DNA of 64,000 bases from Octopus vulgaris. Lineage: Eukaryota. Where the stretch lies: positions 89,342,001 to 89,406,000 of the forward strand of contig OX597820.1 of the NCBI GenBank assembly GCA_951406725.2. Reading direction: 5' to 3'. This document shows positions 23,601 to 36,901 of this stretch, in pieces. The notes under the pieces were generated by a model that saw only the letters and a list, made by a program, of their open reading frames with translations, was not told the origin of the DNA and searched no databases. The translations under genes and the position numbers were made by a program. The first letter of the stretch is position 1; the number at the start of each line of letters is the position of its first letter.

Positions 23601-24977
23601 GAGTTAAACCTGTGACGGCTTGACATCCTATTTAATCGAGATTCTTTGTACTCGTAGCCTACACGCTCTGGACGTCCGGGTAAGATCCGGGTTCATGATT
23701 CGGTAGACTGAAAATATAGAAATTCTAGTTGAAATATTGGACTATAATACACAAAAATATGCAGCTGTTAGCTGTCTCATTAGAAAGAAGACATTCAACT
23801 AAGAGTCAACCATAGCAACTGAAGAGAAGTCATTGAAATCCTGTCTCATTAAAATTTGGTAGGCAAAAAATTTTCGATATTTTTGACACACAATTTGATT
23901 TTCTTCTTCAATCAGCATAGCTCTCTGCGGCTGTCTGCAAATTACTTGAAATGTTGAAATTTATACGATAATAGAAGCGAATATATATAGGTGGAACAAT
24001 GGCTGCGCAGATCATCAGTACTAGTGTTGAGATTACAATTTCGCTTTATGATTAAATGTCTGCTAGCTTTATATAGAGACTAGAAGTTTGCCAGGTCGTT
24101 GATCATGCAATAGTGTTTAAGATAAAGAATTATTTGTGTAGTGTACATGCTATAGATGTAAGAAGATAACAAAATACAACGTATAAGTAGAATAACATTT
24201 GTCGAAATTGAACTTGCTATTCATTATTGACTCCACAGATCTTGCAATTTTTCTGTAGAACAGTTTGTTAGTCTGTCAGTAATTGGTTGTTAGAGTTTCA
24301 AAATGTTTAAATATAATTGTGACAAGGAGCAGACTTTTCTTGCTATGTCGTAGAAAAATTTTCTTTTCAATGATCATGTTGATATTATCTGAGAAAAACT
24401 TCAAAATTGAATCAGTCTTAATCTTATAGCTAGCGTGATGTGACAATGTGAAATATTGAGAAAAAGTTATTAATATAAGATTTTCGAAAAGATAATCACC
24501 ATTATACGACAACTGGGCAGATATAGTACAGTAAATTATACTTGACTACAGCTGTTCTTAGTAGATAAAGCAGTAAGTTTTGTATACAAATGAATTCGTA
24601 AAATTAAGGATTCCTTATTTTTCTAAGCATGGACGTGAATCCTTAGGCTCTTACGCACTTTTAGTACGCCGTTGGTCTCTCGCCTAAACTTTCACACAAA
24701 AAGGATTCAACATTCCGAACAACGAAAGACAAGATGATCATCGCTTGGATTATTTTAATCCTAGATCTGTTCGATCCGTTATGGTCTGAGGTTAAACAAA
24801 ATCAATAGTTTTCTGCACGAATATTTCAGCAAATCCAGGTTGATATGAAGTGAAATTACGTTATCGTCTCGAAAATTATTTATCACAGAAGGGAGACAAT
24901 GTTGATGTTAAAACCCGTGATAACTAAGGTTTCGCTATTTTGAACATGTCGAATGCATGATTGAATGCAGTCAAGAT

Positions 24978-25018
<41 letters not shown>

Positions 25019-25049
25019 ACATATACATACACATCAACACACATGCATG

Positions 25050-25330
25050 CACATGGATACGACCTTCAGAAACACTTCAGCTCGAACACTTGGATTCTTC
25101 GTTTTCTGTCAGTTGCGAGCATCCAGCATTTGTACTCGCACGGGAAGATCAAAATTTCCAGGGACTTGCGAACCTTGAGCCTCATAAGAAATCTGTTGGA
25201 AATATTTTTCCATATGACCTCTAGATTTTTCCTGACAGATTTAGGCGAAGCCAAGCCTTGCTATTATCTTTTTTACTGAGCTGCCATCTTTGCTCAAAGT
25301 TTAGCCGATATATTTAAATTTCTTTACTTC
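25050..25330 (-). pseudogene. RTE-clade LINE RT/thumb fragment
   Basis: FKYIG*TLSKDGS...; KSLEILIFPCEYKCWML...RRIQVFELKCF. Confidence 0.72.
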
Positions 25331-25493
25331 TTTCTGTTCTACTTTTACTTTTTGAAGTCTATATTATCTTGAAATGTACATTAAAATCTGCCTTTATAGA
25401 TAACACAAGTAAGGAATTACTGCGATATATCACTGTAAACAAATTTTCATTTTGGCACCTTCTGACAAGGTACGTTTTGTGAACACAGTAATG

Positions 25494-25572
<79 letters not shown>

Positions 25573-25713
25573 ATATATATATGTGTATATATGTATATAT
25601 ACACACACATATATACATATATATATATATACACATATACATACATATATATATATACATACATATACACATACATATATGTATATATACATACAGACAT
25701 CTCTCACTCTATA

Positions 25714-25744
<31 letters not shown>

Positions 25745-27619
25745 CACATTTTCTTTTTATTTCATCCATCAAAGCCTTGCTTCTTTAGACGTGATGTTAA
25801 ACAAATTAAACAGCAAATCTTGTAATATAAACACGTTAACTCATAAAAAATTACGTTAGGAATAATCCTACGTTTATTTTTTCAAACCCGATAAACATCC
25901 TTTATTCATTTTAGCATGACATTAGTTGTATAGTGTTACATGGACTGATTTTGAGTTTATTCCTTTATAAACGTATTTTTACTTATATTTTTCGTTCCCA
26001 TATGTAACAAGGAAATTCACCGCAGTGCATTTAACAATGAAATTGTCCACCTACATTATCCATTTCAACAAAAACTTTAAAAGAAAAAAAAAACACACAA
26101 GAAAAACAAACCATTGCTCAAAATGTTAGTGATTTCATTAATCCTTTTTTTTACAGAGATAAAACTAATCTTATATTGTTTTCGATTTAGTGTAAGGGAA
26201 ATGAGAAAGTATGATTTCCATGGTTTACTAGGAAATCTTAAGAATGTACCTGAACTGAAGTCGGCGGGCGGGGTGGGGGTGTTGGTGGAATTAACAAAGA
26301 GAAAAAAATGTTGGAGGTGTGTTTCTAGCCAGGAAGTGAAATCTCGTCGATTATTCACGCATCGTATTTATGTGAGAGGATAGCGTGATGGACAACCAAG
26401 AGAAAGAGGTCACTAGTTATTACTTTTGCATAACATCACATGTTGTTTTTGTCGTTATCTTCAAGATTAGCCCTGATACAGCCTTGAAACCGTATTAATT
26501 TTTTTTCAGGTTGTAGATTTCATTAGTCAAAGTGTACTTACTAGGTTGAAATTTGAGGGAGATTTAGGTTGAGTATCTCGAACAGACCGAGTAGTCACCT
26601 CATAGAGGTTTTGTCATTGACTTGTTTATCTCGTCGACTCCTCAGTGATGAAGTCCACCTAACTGTAAATGGTAACTGCCGAATGGTTATATAATTCATC
26701 ACTATTCGTTGTAGTAGCATCGAAAAATTCAAGAAGAATTCTTCAGATTTAAGATCCGAGTTTCGTCTCTTCTCTGGGAAAAAATATCTGTAATAGACCC
26801 AGATTTACTAGATCCATGTAACTGTTATGACTTACGGACTTTGTGATCCGTCCACAAAAGAAACAGTGACGATGTAGTTTGTTTGCTAACTCAAGCGCTC
26901 TATCCTTTGAGAAATTAACTGTTAACTATTCGTTGTAATGCTTTTATCATTGTTAGTAATACAACTCCCATTAATCGACAAATTGAAGTAAAATCGTAAT
27001 GAATAGTTCTTGCTTCATATTTCTTTAAACAAATAGTTAAAAGCATTCTTGCACATGACGTTAACTTATACGTATATTCACTCCACAGAGAATTGAAGAA
27101 TTCAACATTATATATAATTGTAATTGAATACAGATATTTATGTCAATAAGTTGAAGCAAGCTTGCTACAATTTCTTGTGTTATATCTCCATAACAATTGA
27201 TTAGCAGCTATATTTTAAATACTTTAAATTAAATGTGGTAGTGATATCTTATGTGAATTGCTATTTATAACTGACGGTATGATAAAGATATTTAGATTCC
27301 CGAAGTGTGGCCGCATTTTGTTCCACGATATTGAATTTTAAAAGAATGTCTGAAACTTTACGGCCCAGCAACAACAAGAAGGTTAAATGAATTTAATGAG
27401 CTGGGGGAACTGAAGCTGGGAACCTCTTCCAGCCTTACAAGAATATTCCAAAATAAAAATAACAAAACAAAACCTTTTCTCCTCTGAGCAAGGAGGGTCG
27501 GAAACTTGGTCCGTATGATTCCAATTGGGTGAATTATGCTAAGGGCACTCAAGTGTCTGATGGTAGTGTTAAAACTGACGGTGGGTAACATCTGCTAACC
27601 AGACATTGCAATGGTCTAC

Positions 27620-28040
27620 CAATTGGCTTACATAGTTTCCACTTACCAGATGTTATTCCCAAGGCTTTGCTGAAATCAAGACTTTCATAAAAGTCACATG
27701 TTCAGGGTACCGTGTAATAGTTCCGAATCTGAAACCACATAACGAAGTTCACCCATTATCCTAGAAGTTCTACCAGGAGATGTTAATGTATAGAAAGTAT
27801 GGCTGAATAAGTCCTGGGGTCGATTTGCTCAATTAAGCGTGGTATCCAGCATGGCCACAGTCAAATGACTGAAACAAGTAAAAGAGTAAGATTGGTCGTG
27901 TTGTTAACGACCCCATTTCGTAGTTACGTGGTCTCAGATTCTATTTCACTTCGAAGCACATTAAGCAAATATCTTCATCTATAGCCATGAGTCAGCCTTT
28001 GTGTGGCAATTGTAGAAGACAGAAACTATGTAGGAGTCCG
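27620..28040. mobile_element. Cluster of degenerate SINE family B pieces on both strands
   Basis: Clear 3' end at 27808-27890 (CCAGCATGGCCACAGTCAAATGACTGAAACAAGTAAAA) with decayed 5' halves on either side. Confidence 0.6.
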
Positions 28041-29199
28041 CTGGGAAAACTGTTTCTCTTAGTATTATGGTATATATGATTCTCACCCTGTTTAAAAAAA
28101 TCATCAAATGGCTTCTGGTTGTCTTTAGTAGAATACAACATTCGGTTCAGGTTTCGAGTCTGACGATAATATCCTTCTTTTATTCCACAAGCTTCTAAAA
28201 ACGGTCATGAACACTGTACTTCCTTTTCTGACTAATTCATAAGATCCATTCACCTCCACCACATATGGATTTCCAACATTGTCAGACGACTACAAACGGT
28301 TGGGGAAAGAGGGAATATAGTCAGCTAAATGTAATCAAATTTTACTGCTGCTACTTATTTTATCGACTGCAAATTCAGTCCCTGTAGGATTTGAACCCCA
28401 AAACTAATTAAATCCGCAAAGAATTTCATTCAGAGATTTACTGTAACTTCCCACCCCTGTCACTCTTTCCAGCATATTTGCTAATCAGAAAGTATTAATC
28501 AGAATTTAAAAATATAAATTTTAATATATTAATGGCATTTTAGTCGGTCGATGAATTTTCATTGATGAAATATTTAGGAATTATTCGGGGAAATAAATGT
28601 TAAGAGCTGAAAAAAACCCCAACAAAAATATAGCAACCAACAGAAAAGAAAAGAAATTGCGAATTTCAATTGATCATACTTGGTTTATTGTGGTAACGAT
28701 GATACGCGAATCTAGCTAACTTAATAATGTGAACTTTAAGCTTCCCTCTTAAGTCTCTTAACGTTCCTAGAATCTATCGAAATATATTTGTCAATTATAG
28801 TAATTGTCAGAGAAGTTAAGATTTACAGTGTTCAAATAATTCAGATTAAATATTGGTAAATAAACGAAATAAAAAGAAATAGAAAATATATTACAAATAA
28901 TTTCTACATCTTATCTGGTCGCTGGAGGAAAGTCTGATAATTTAATTTCCAGTTATAATCTGTAGCATAAACTGGAGTAGATTGTGACTGAGTCAATAGG
29001 GTACTAGGCAACGAATCGAACAGTCTGTAGATCGTACCTTGTCAGCGGCGTGGCATTTTGTCTGAGACCAAGGCTCTTAGCTCGAAACGGCCATTTGTTT
29101 TATAGTTTTGGTAGAATTCATTAATTCAAGTAGCAGCATCACTATAAGGGTTGATAAGGGCGCTGTTGATTTGCAATGCTGAATTAACATATCCAGAAG

Positions 29200-29209
29200 C
29201 ACACACACA

Positions 29210-29263
<54 letters not shown>

Positions 29264-29435
29264 CATACACACATACATACAGATACACCCCCCCACACAA
29301 AAGTATACGACGGGCTTCCACACAATTTTCGCCCATGAAATTCACTCACAAGAAATTGGTCAGCCCAGGGCTATAATATAAGATACGTACCCAAGGTCCA
29401 ACGCAGTGGGATTGAATTCCAAAACACACAGTTAC
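29200..29435 (-). mobile_element. SINE family B 5' half with expanded (CA)n
   Basis: TACGACGGGCTTC...CACTCACAAG...GCAGTGGGATTGAA on the plus strand. Confidence 0.65.
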
Positions 29436-31489
29436 AAAATGAGTTTAATATTTAAATCAGCTGAAATAAACTTAGGATATGTCTGAACATGTACAGGCTA
29501 GGATCTTCTCACTTTGACCGGTAGATTTTTAAAATAATTTTCTTTGTAACTATACACTTTTAAACTTCGTATACTGGTAGAATGTGTTACATAAAATATC
29601 TTTTTCTCATGGCTTTCTTGAGAAAATTCTGTAGTTTGTAAGTTATTTCTTGTTAAATTTCTTGCATTTCGGCAATTTCAACCAATCAATGAAGTCTATT
29701 GAGGGGAATACAATTTCTGCTGCTTCTTGGTGTGAACGTCTGCTCGATCTGATATGATTACAAATTCAACAACAGCAACAGCAACAATAATTTACTAAGC
29801 ATAAGGTTGAATCAGTAGACGGTAGCGTTTTTCATAGAAAATGAAAGAAAACCACCTCAGGCTTAACAAAGATATTTTTCCTTAACCGAAATCGGCAGGC
29901 TGACAAAAATTGTACCATATGCAAAATGGCAGCATACAAGACGAAATACCAGTTAAGATTAAATTTTTTACCTTTTGCCCATCATCAAAAAATCACTGAG
30001 GTACGTAGCCGTAATTTAACTGAGATTTGTTAGACTTCAACATTCGTGTTACAGCAACCATTGCAAAACCTCAGCCGAAGCCTCATAATAAAAGTACGTA
30101 GCGCAATCATCGATAACTGTACTTACATGAAAATATCATATGATAGTATACATGAATCCCCGCCTCCGCCATTACAGGTTATTAAAAAAGAAGCCTCATT
30201 TTGATTTGCGGAATAAATCATATATTGAAAGGAGAGACAAGTGAAGAAGGGAATAAAATTTTGCCAGTAATAGCAAAACGACCGAAAAAAAAAATGAAAT
30301 GACTTGAGACTAATAAAAATAACATTTTCTTATCTCCGACAAATAAAAATGAAATTTCGAGTGTAATAAATCAGCTAAAACTTAAATAAATCAGTTTGTT
30401 CAAATAGTATTCCATTATGTATAATTACATTCCACTGAGACTTCTCCATAAACCTGGCGAATATAATTAACCTACTGTCTCAAAATAGGAATATTGGTTG
30501 AGCTACAACAACTTACTAAAGTGCTACTATTGCGTTCCATGACGCTCTGGGTGCTTTTGATCACATCTGAAGATTTTTTATTTCGTGTGTTGTACGTGAG
30601 GATAAAATCAACTATGTGGAGTTCACCCGTATTTAAAGATACCCATACAATATAGAATTTGAGAACAGTAATCAATAAAAAATCTCAAAAGAACTATTGA
30701 AACAGCTGTTACGGTTTTTGTACTACCATTGTTCCTTCTTCACAGTACAATGTCATCTTTATTGTAGCTGTGTAGGCAATAGGTCAATCCTTATCGAGCA
30801 GGTCAAGGATCAAAGGCGTTCCAATCAGGAACATCATGTTTTCTTAAATGCAAAGCACTGTATTTTCTAAAATGTTCCTTTTTTGATATGCTAATAGTGT
30901 GTGATTTGTATGACCTAGCAGTTAATTCTAGTTGTTAGATTGACCAGGTAGAGGCTTCTGGGCCGTTTGAGAGTTATGCCTAACCCAACTACATAAATCA
31001 CTGCTAATGTCAACAAGAATAATTAAATCTTAATTGACTTAGTCCACGCTATTGTAAATAGAACTACTGAATAAAGGCAAATCACTGCTGTAATGAGAGA
31101 GAATACTATATAATGAACGTACATTCAGGATGGTCCAAGAAAAAAAAACAGTCAAAACCTCACCAAAATATAAAACAAAGACCCCTCAAAACAATGGCCA
31201 TAACTACAAAGTAAATGTATTGCGGTGTGTAGGCAAGGAAGTGGGTCTTATGCTTCGGACAGTTGTCATTTTTCAAGTTAAGAAGTAGGGTAGCAGAGAC
31301 AAAAGGGATTTTAAGACGAAAAATGTAAGGTGGTTTTGTTACGAATGAAGACATTGATTAATGGTAAACAGTTTAAGATTTGATCTGTTCACCAGCTCGT
31401 GCGGTTACATAGTAAACTGTTTCAGTGTTCGGAAATATTTAAGGCGCCTTAATATATTCCAGTCAAAACCATTTTCACTCTGCACCTCC

Positions 31490-32480
31490 CTCACTTGTAC
31501 AAAATCGTTGTCAAATCATTCGACAATGGCGGTGCTATAATGTTGTGGTAGTCTAACCGCTTCAGAATAGAAGCACTATGGCGATGTTTTAACGCTCTTT
31601 TCCATAATAATATTATTGACCAATAACAATACTTCCTGCAACTAATAACTCATCTCTTTTTGTCCTCCCAGTCTCCCAGACAGTACATCACACATCTTCA
31701 TCATCTGCTCTTCTTTTTTCCAAGATCCATTAGTCCAACACTCCTGGCCACCATATCTATACCACTTGTAACTGTTCCACCAAACTGGTATCGAAATATT
31801 TTGACCCGCTCCTCTAGCCCTGGGGACAGCACAAATGCGCGACTCCAACTATTTTATCCAATTACTTCTGCTTCATCCCCTAGTCCTTTGCAGATACTTT
31901 TCACCTTTTACTGTGAACATTATCGCTTTCCCCAAATAATTCCTAACAGTCAAATTCTTTTCCAATTATCTACGCTCAAACTCATCATTCTCACACCTCG
32001 TCGAACTCACACCTTGTCCCACCTTCAAGAACTTCTGATTCTTCATATATTTCAATCAGCAACTTATTGGAGCAGCTATGGACACCAGGATGCAATTTAA
32101 ATATGCAAAACTGATTTTTGGTTTCAGGTAGGCCCAGATTTTCATCCAGTTCACCGAACCCACTCCGAATTATTTGGTCTTTCTATCTATTCAGGCAAAA
32201 GTATATTCTTAATTTAGCTAGGGTTGGACCCTTATGGCTGGCCCTTCACTTCAACACCAAAAGATATTTCAGCCGTCAACAATTATTGACACTATACGTA
32301 GCTCAGACGAAGTCCACAATGGAGTATTGCTATCATATACAGGATGATGCTGGCGAGAGGTTGCTAGTATTTGAAGCCATTTGTAAGACATTATTGACAA
32401 TCAGTTTTCGAGCCACAAAGAACCATATAAAAGTCAGCACTTATTCCATATTTCCTTTGTGCTAAATAGATGAGAGATAC
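31490..32480 (+). pseudogene. CR1-group LINE RT remnant with a nested RTE fragment
   Basis: KSFD-like motif near 31510; KRYFSRQQLLTLYVAQTKSTMEYCYHI at 32260-32340. Confidence 0.6.
31640..32050 (-). pseudogene. RTE-like LINE fragment
   Basis: YGGQECWTNGSWKKEEQMMKM resembles the RTE thumb motif YGxECW...EMxM. Confidence 0.5.
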
Positions 32481-33789
32481 ACCTCACCATAGAATGTTAA
32501 CCTAACGTGGCAACTTTATCCGTGTTATGAACCGAACTCAACACAGTGAGATGATGAGTCACTCGGTAATTACAATGTGTAACTACATTGTTACTGGTTC
32601 GTTCCTACTTGCTGCACTTTGGAAAAATGTCTTCGACCTTACCTTTAAGTCAACCGAGGCTTTGTGTGTGAAATTACCTTGGGTACATTTAGCGGAACCT
32701 ACTACTTTGAAAACATTCAGAATATGTCACTTAACTGAATTTAATTTCCTTCCATTAGTCTCGGAAGACTTGAGAAAGTTAAGGATGTTGCCCTTCCTGT
32801 TCTGACCTTCTTTTAAAGAAATTTCTAAATGAAAAAAAGAAATTTACAGCAATTAGTTACAATCAATTTAATTAAATATAGACACACGTAATTTGTTAAC
32901 TAAGTGAAATTGGTCAAAACTACAAAACCAATAGTAAAATTCGAACGACATATCTTATGATTCATAGTTCACTATCATATCAACATGACCACTCGCATCT
33001 TCATTCTAGGTAGTTACATCTATTGACCTGCAACCAATAGCCGACCAGATTTTCCTTTAACTGTAACTAAGGGTAAAAAGGAAAGATGTTTTAAATGCCA
33101 GAATATGAAGAGAACATTACAATTGAGAGGTGTCACAGTAAATAATTGAATACTTAAAATCCTAGTGAAAATGGACCTTGCTAAGCAAGGTCTGTTAAAT
33201 AACCCCAGAGGTTTTTCAAAAGATAAAGAAGTATATACAGTTGAAAGTTCAACATTTTCCACGTATGCTTTTCCTGACATCTATGAAATATACGTCTTTT
33301 ACAGATGTTATGAACTTTTCTTTACGACTTTTACTATATTCAAATCGCGAGTGAAAATTCTTAAAGAGCATATCCTGTTTGTAGTTGTTAGTATTAACTT
33401 CCGAATTAAAAACAGAGACGAACAATACGGACAAATCGAACAATGGTGTTGTACACTTAATCGTGGAATCATTCTATATAAAGATATGGTTTTCATATTG
33501 TTTCTTTTAGGAAATTTTACAGTGAGATCCGTTCTTTTGTATCTTAGGTTAAACTTTATGTTCTTTATTTTCTTACTTGAAATGGACGAGACAAGTTCCA
33601 TTGAACAAATCTGTTTATAGTAGTAAAATGCTAAATTGTGTCTGCTTAGTTGTTTGAAGAAATGTTGATCTATGTTTTTGTTGTCTATGTTTCAAAAGAG
33701 CAAACATGCAACGATGAAAGGAGATAGTAAAGTAATCGTAACTACTCAATAGATACACCATAAATTTACATAACTCAGATAGGCGGTGG

Positions 33790-34960
33790 TATACTGAATG
33801 ATGCATGCATAATTCCTCACAGAACAGAAATTTCCTTCTTGGAGAAATGAAACAATAACTGGCATTAATTACCTGCTAATAAAAAAAGACGAACGATAAT
33901 TTCAAGGAATTACCATTATTTCACAGAGAAATGAAGAGATAAATCTGATCTTTGCTAGTATATATGAAAGGTTGAAATTTCAGCCATGTTTTAGGCAAGC
34001 GAAGGGAAGTGTTTTCAAGGATTTTATCAGTACACGTAGAATTTTACAAGCAGAAAAATAATTACGAAGAATGCTGACCAGTATAATTTGTATATTTACA
34101 AGAAGATAGCCAAGGAAAATAATTCAAGTGGCCAATATGCATTCAATTATTCAGTTAATGGTGCATTGAATGACATATACGAAAAAAATTCTTAATGATT
34201 TGAAATTTGCTTTTAGTTGCCTCAAAGAATATACAAAAACTGGTGCTATTTGTTAGCAACTCTCAAAGAAATGAGAAGATATTTTAAAGAAATTAAGGCT
34301 AAATGTTATGCAAAAAATCTTACCATTGTTAAGATAACAGCAATGGAATTGTTCCTGTATTATTAAACCTCTTCAGCAAAAGATAACTTGAGTTGAACAG
34401 TGACATAGAATTTTACAAATAGGAAAAAGAGTTACAAAGAACTTCAGCAAATATAATTTGCATAATTACAAAAAGTGGAATTATTTTCCTTCGCTCACTT
34501 GCTATAAATATGAAAATTATACTGGCCAAAATTGTTCGAAACTAATTATTTTTGTACTTGTAAAATTCTAAGTGTATTGTTCAAAGGAGACTTTGCTTCT
34601 CTGATGAAGAAACTATTCTACATTGATAAGGTGTAATAATGTCCTTAGCAGTTAGTTTGTGAGCTAACAAAGATCAATTCTCCGTGAAAGTAATACATTT
34701 TTCGAAATTATCTCTCCTTTTCTTTGAGAATCGTTAACAATTGCCACTAAGTTCTTATTTTCTTTCTCCAACTAAAAGGCAAATTTGAACTCATTAGGAA
34801 TTTTTTGCGCACATTATTCAGCACATTAACATCATATCTGAAATCTCTAAATTCATGCTATTGGAATACTTGAGTTATTCGTATTAGTTCGCATTTTGTT
34901 ATTTTGCAACTTAAATTGGCCAAATTCCTCGTATTTTTCATCATGTATAATTCTATGTAA
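33790..34960. repeat. Degenerate repeat, unit about 370 bp: two direct and two inverted units
   Basis: Anchor TAGAATTTTACAA at 34037 and 34406; inverted at 34558-34570 and, as a variant, at 34943-34955. Confidence 0.7.
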
Positions 34961-36404
34961 AATACTTTTTATAAATCTATAAAATTCATAAAGAATTTTT
35001 CGCAGACGTTCTTTATTACACTCACTTGTACCTTAATATACAAGGTATTTGCTTCTCAGCTGAAACATTACGAGTTCGTATCCGATAGTCACTGTTTCCG
35101 TTTCAAGTGCATGTTTTGGGGTCTACTGTGGATTTGTTCTCTGTATGTTGCTATCATTTTCATCCGATAGTCCTTTAATAGATTCTGCTATCTTATAGAT
35201 TACTCTAGCGCTGCAGCCTTTATTTGTTAATCCGGTGGTCATTTCGTTTTTCACGATAGAAATTCTTATTGTATTAGTTTTACCTAAATCCATGCAGGAA
35301 TAATCCTCTTTCAGAGTTGAATAATCAGTGTCTTCTGAGTTGTCTCTGCTTTATCCAAGGTCCGGTGTTTTGTTGAATTTTTCAGGATAGTGGTATTCCT
35401 AGTAGAATTATCAAAGAATTAGTGGAAGCTGCTTTCGTTTGGTTGCTGCCTTTCGTCGAAAGGTCATGCTAGAGAAAAGTACATCTATTTAAATAACTTA
35501 CAAATTGTACTTTGGTAACATTTCATAAATATTAAGGAGAAACAGTTGTATTGAATTGTCAAGTAGTTGAAGTAAAAATTCTCTATGTGAAGATTTGCTC
35601 TCTCATATATGCTAAAATTTCAAACAAGTGTTTCCAGAATCAAGTTCGAAAGATTAAAAACATATTACGTTTCCCTTTGCAGATTGGCGACACAAGCTGG
35701 TTCATAAAGTATTATTTAAAAAAATAATTGAATGCTACAAATATATATTTGTTTCTTTCCCTCTAGTGGAAATTATCAAACATTAAAATAACATTGTCAG
35801 TTATTCTTGCATGAAGACATATCAGTTTTACTTAGTTGTAGAGGTGAATTATACCAGTGAACTCGTCATTGTAGGAGGAGATAGCTATTTGTTAAATAAC
35901 AATGATTATTGTTGAAGTAATATTGGAATGACATTACGTAAATTACAGTAGTTACTTAAGGGATTACATTTTGAAGAATAAATTCTATTTCAGTTTTTGC
36001 TTCGTAATGAATTTCTCACTGCCAGATAATCATGAAATTTTGTCTGTGTCTTTTTTTTAAAAATTAGACTTTGGTACCTTTGAAGAAATGCTTCTTGATA
36101 AAAAAGCAATATGAAGGATGCATAATATGATACATTATAGCATATTATATTAAATTCTTCCTCTAATTTTGGTAAGACTGGATGTTCTATTATACGTATT
36201 CTACTTATTGTATAACATTACTATTTTATGTACGCTCCTTCATGTACACTGCTTTACCCTGCATTATTATGTTTAACCTTATAGTTTCTTATGTAGTGGT
36301 TTAATAAAGTATGTGATTGAGTATTATCTGGTAATTGATATTTGATTTCGATGTATTTCTCCATTTTCTTATTTTGTATATATATATATATGTATATATA
36401 TATA

Positions 36405-36509
36405 TCGGTCTTTTTTGCTGAACTGCTAAGTTACAGGGAGGTTAACACACTAACATCGGTTGTCCAGCAATGGTGGGGAAGCAAACACAGACAGACAAAC
36501 ACACACATC

Positions 36510-36543
<34 letters not shown>

Positions 36544-36678
36544 CGACGGTCTCCTTTCAGTTTCTGTCTACTAAATCCACTCACAAGGCTTTGGCCGGCC
36601 TGAAGCTATACCAGAAGACACCAGCCGTACCACTGAACTGTGAACCATATGGACGTGGTTGGGAAGCACGCCTGCGCA
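36405..36678 (-). mobile_element. SINE family B, deleted copy; a plus-strand 3' piece follows at 36900-37016
   Basis: TTTCAGTTTCTGTCTACTAAATCCACTCACAAGGCTTTGG...CCTGCGC. Confidence 0.8.
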
Positions 36679-36849
36679 TATATATATAGATATATATATA
36701 TATAAATAACAGGGCATTAACAACGGGTGTCTTTCGACTAAGGACAAATTAAATTAAGCTAGCGTGTGTGGAAGTAAAGTCATGCACACACACACATATC
36801 TATATATATGTATACGTAACTGTGTGTGAGTATATGTGTATCAATGTGT

Positions 36850-36901
<52 letters not shown>

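Noticed and set aside
26500-26580. Plus-strand exon after TTTTTTTTCAG
   Set aside because: No good donor, and the sequence runs into what looks like a degenerate repeat.
29495-29720. Probable DNA-element fragment (also 15240-15760)
   Set aside because: It looks repeat-like but has no second copy, TIR pair or protein motif in this window.
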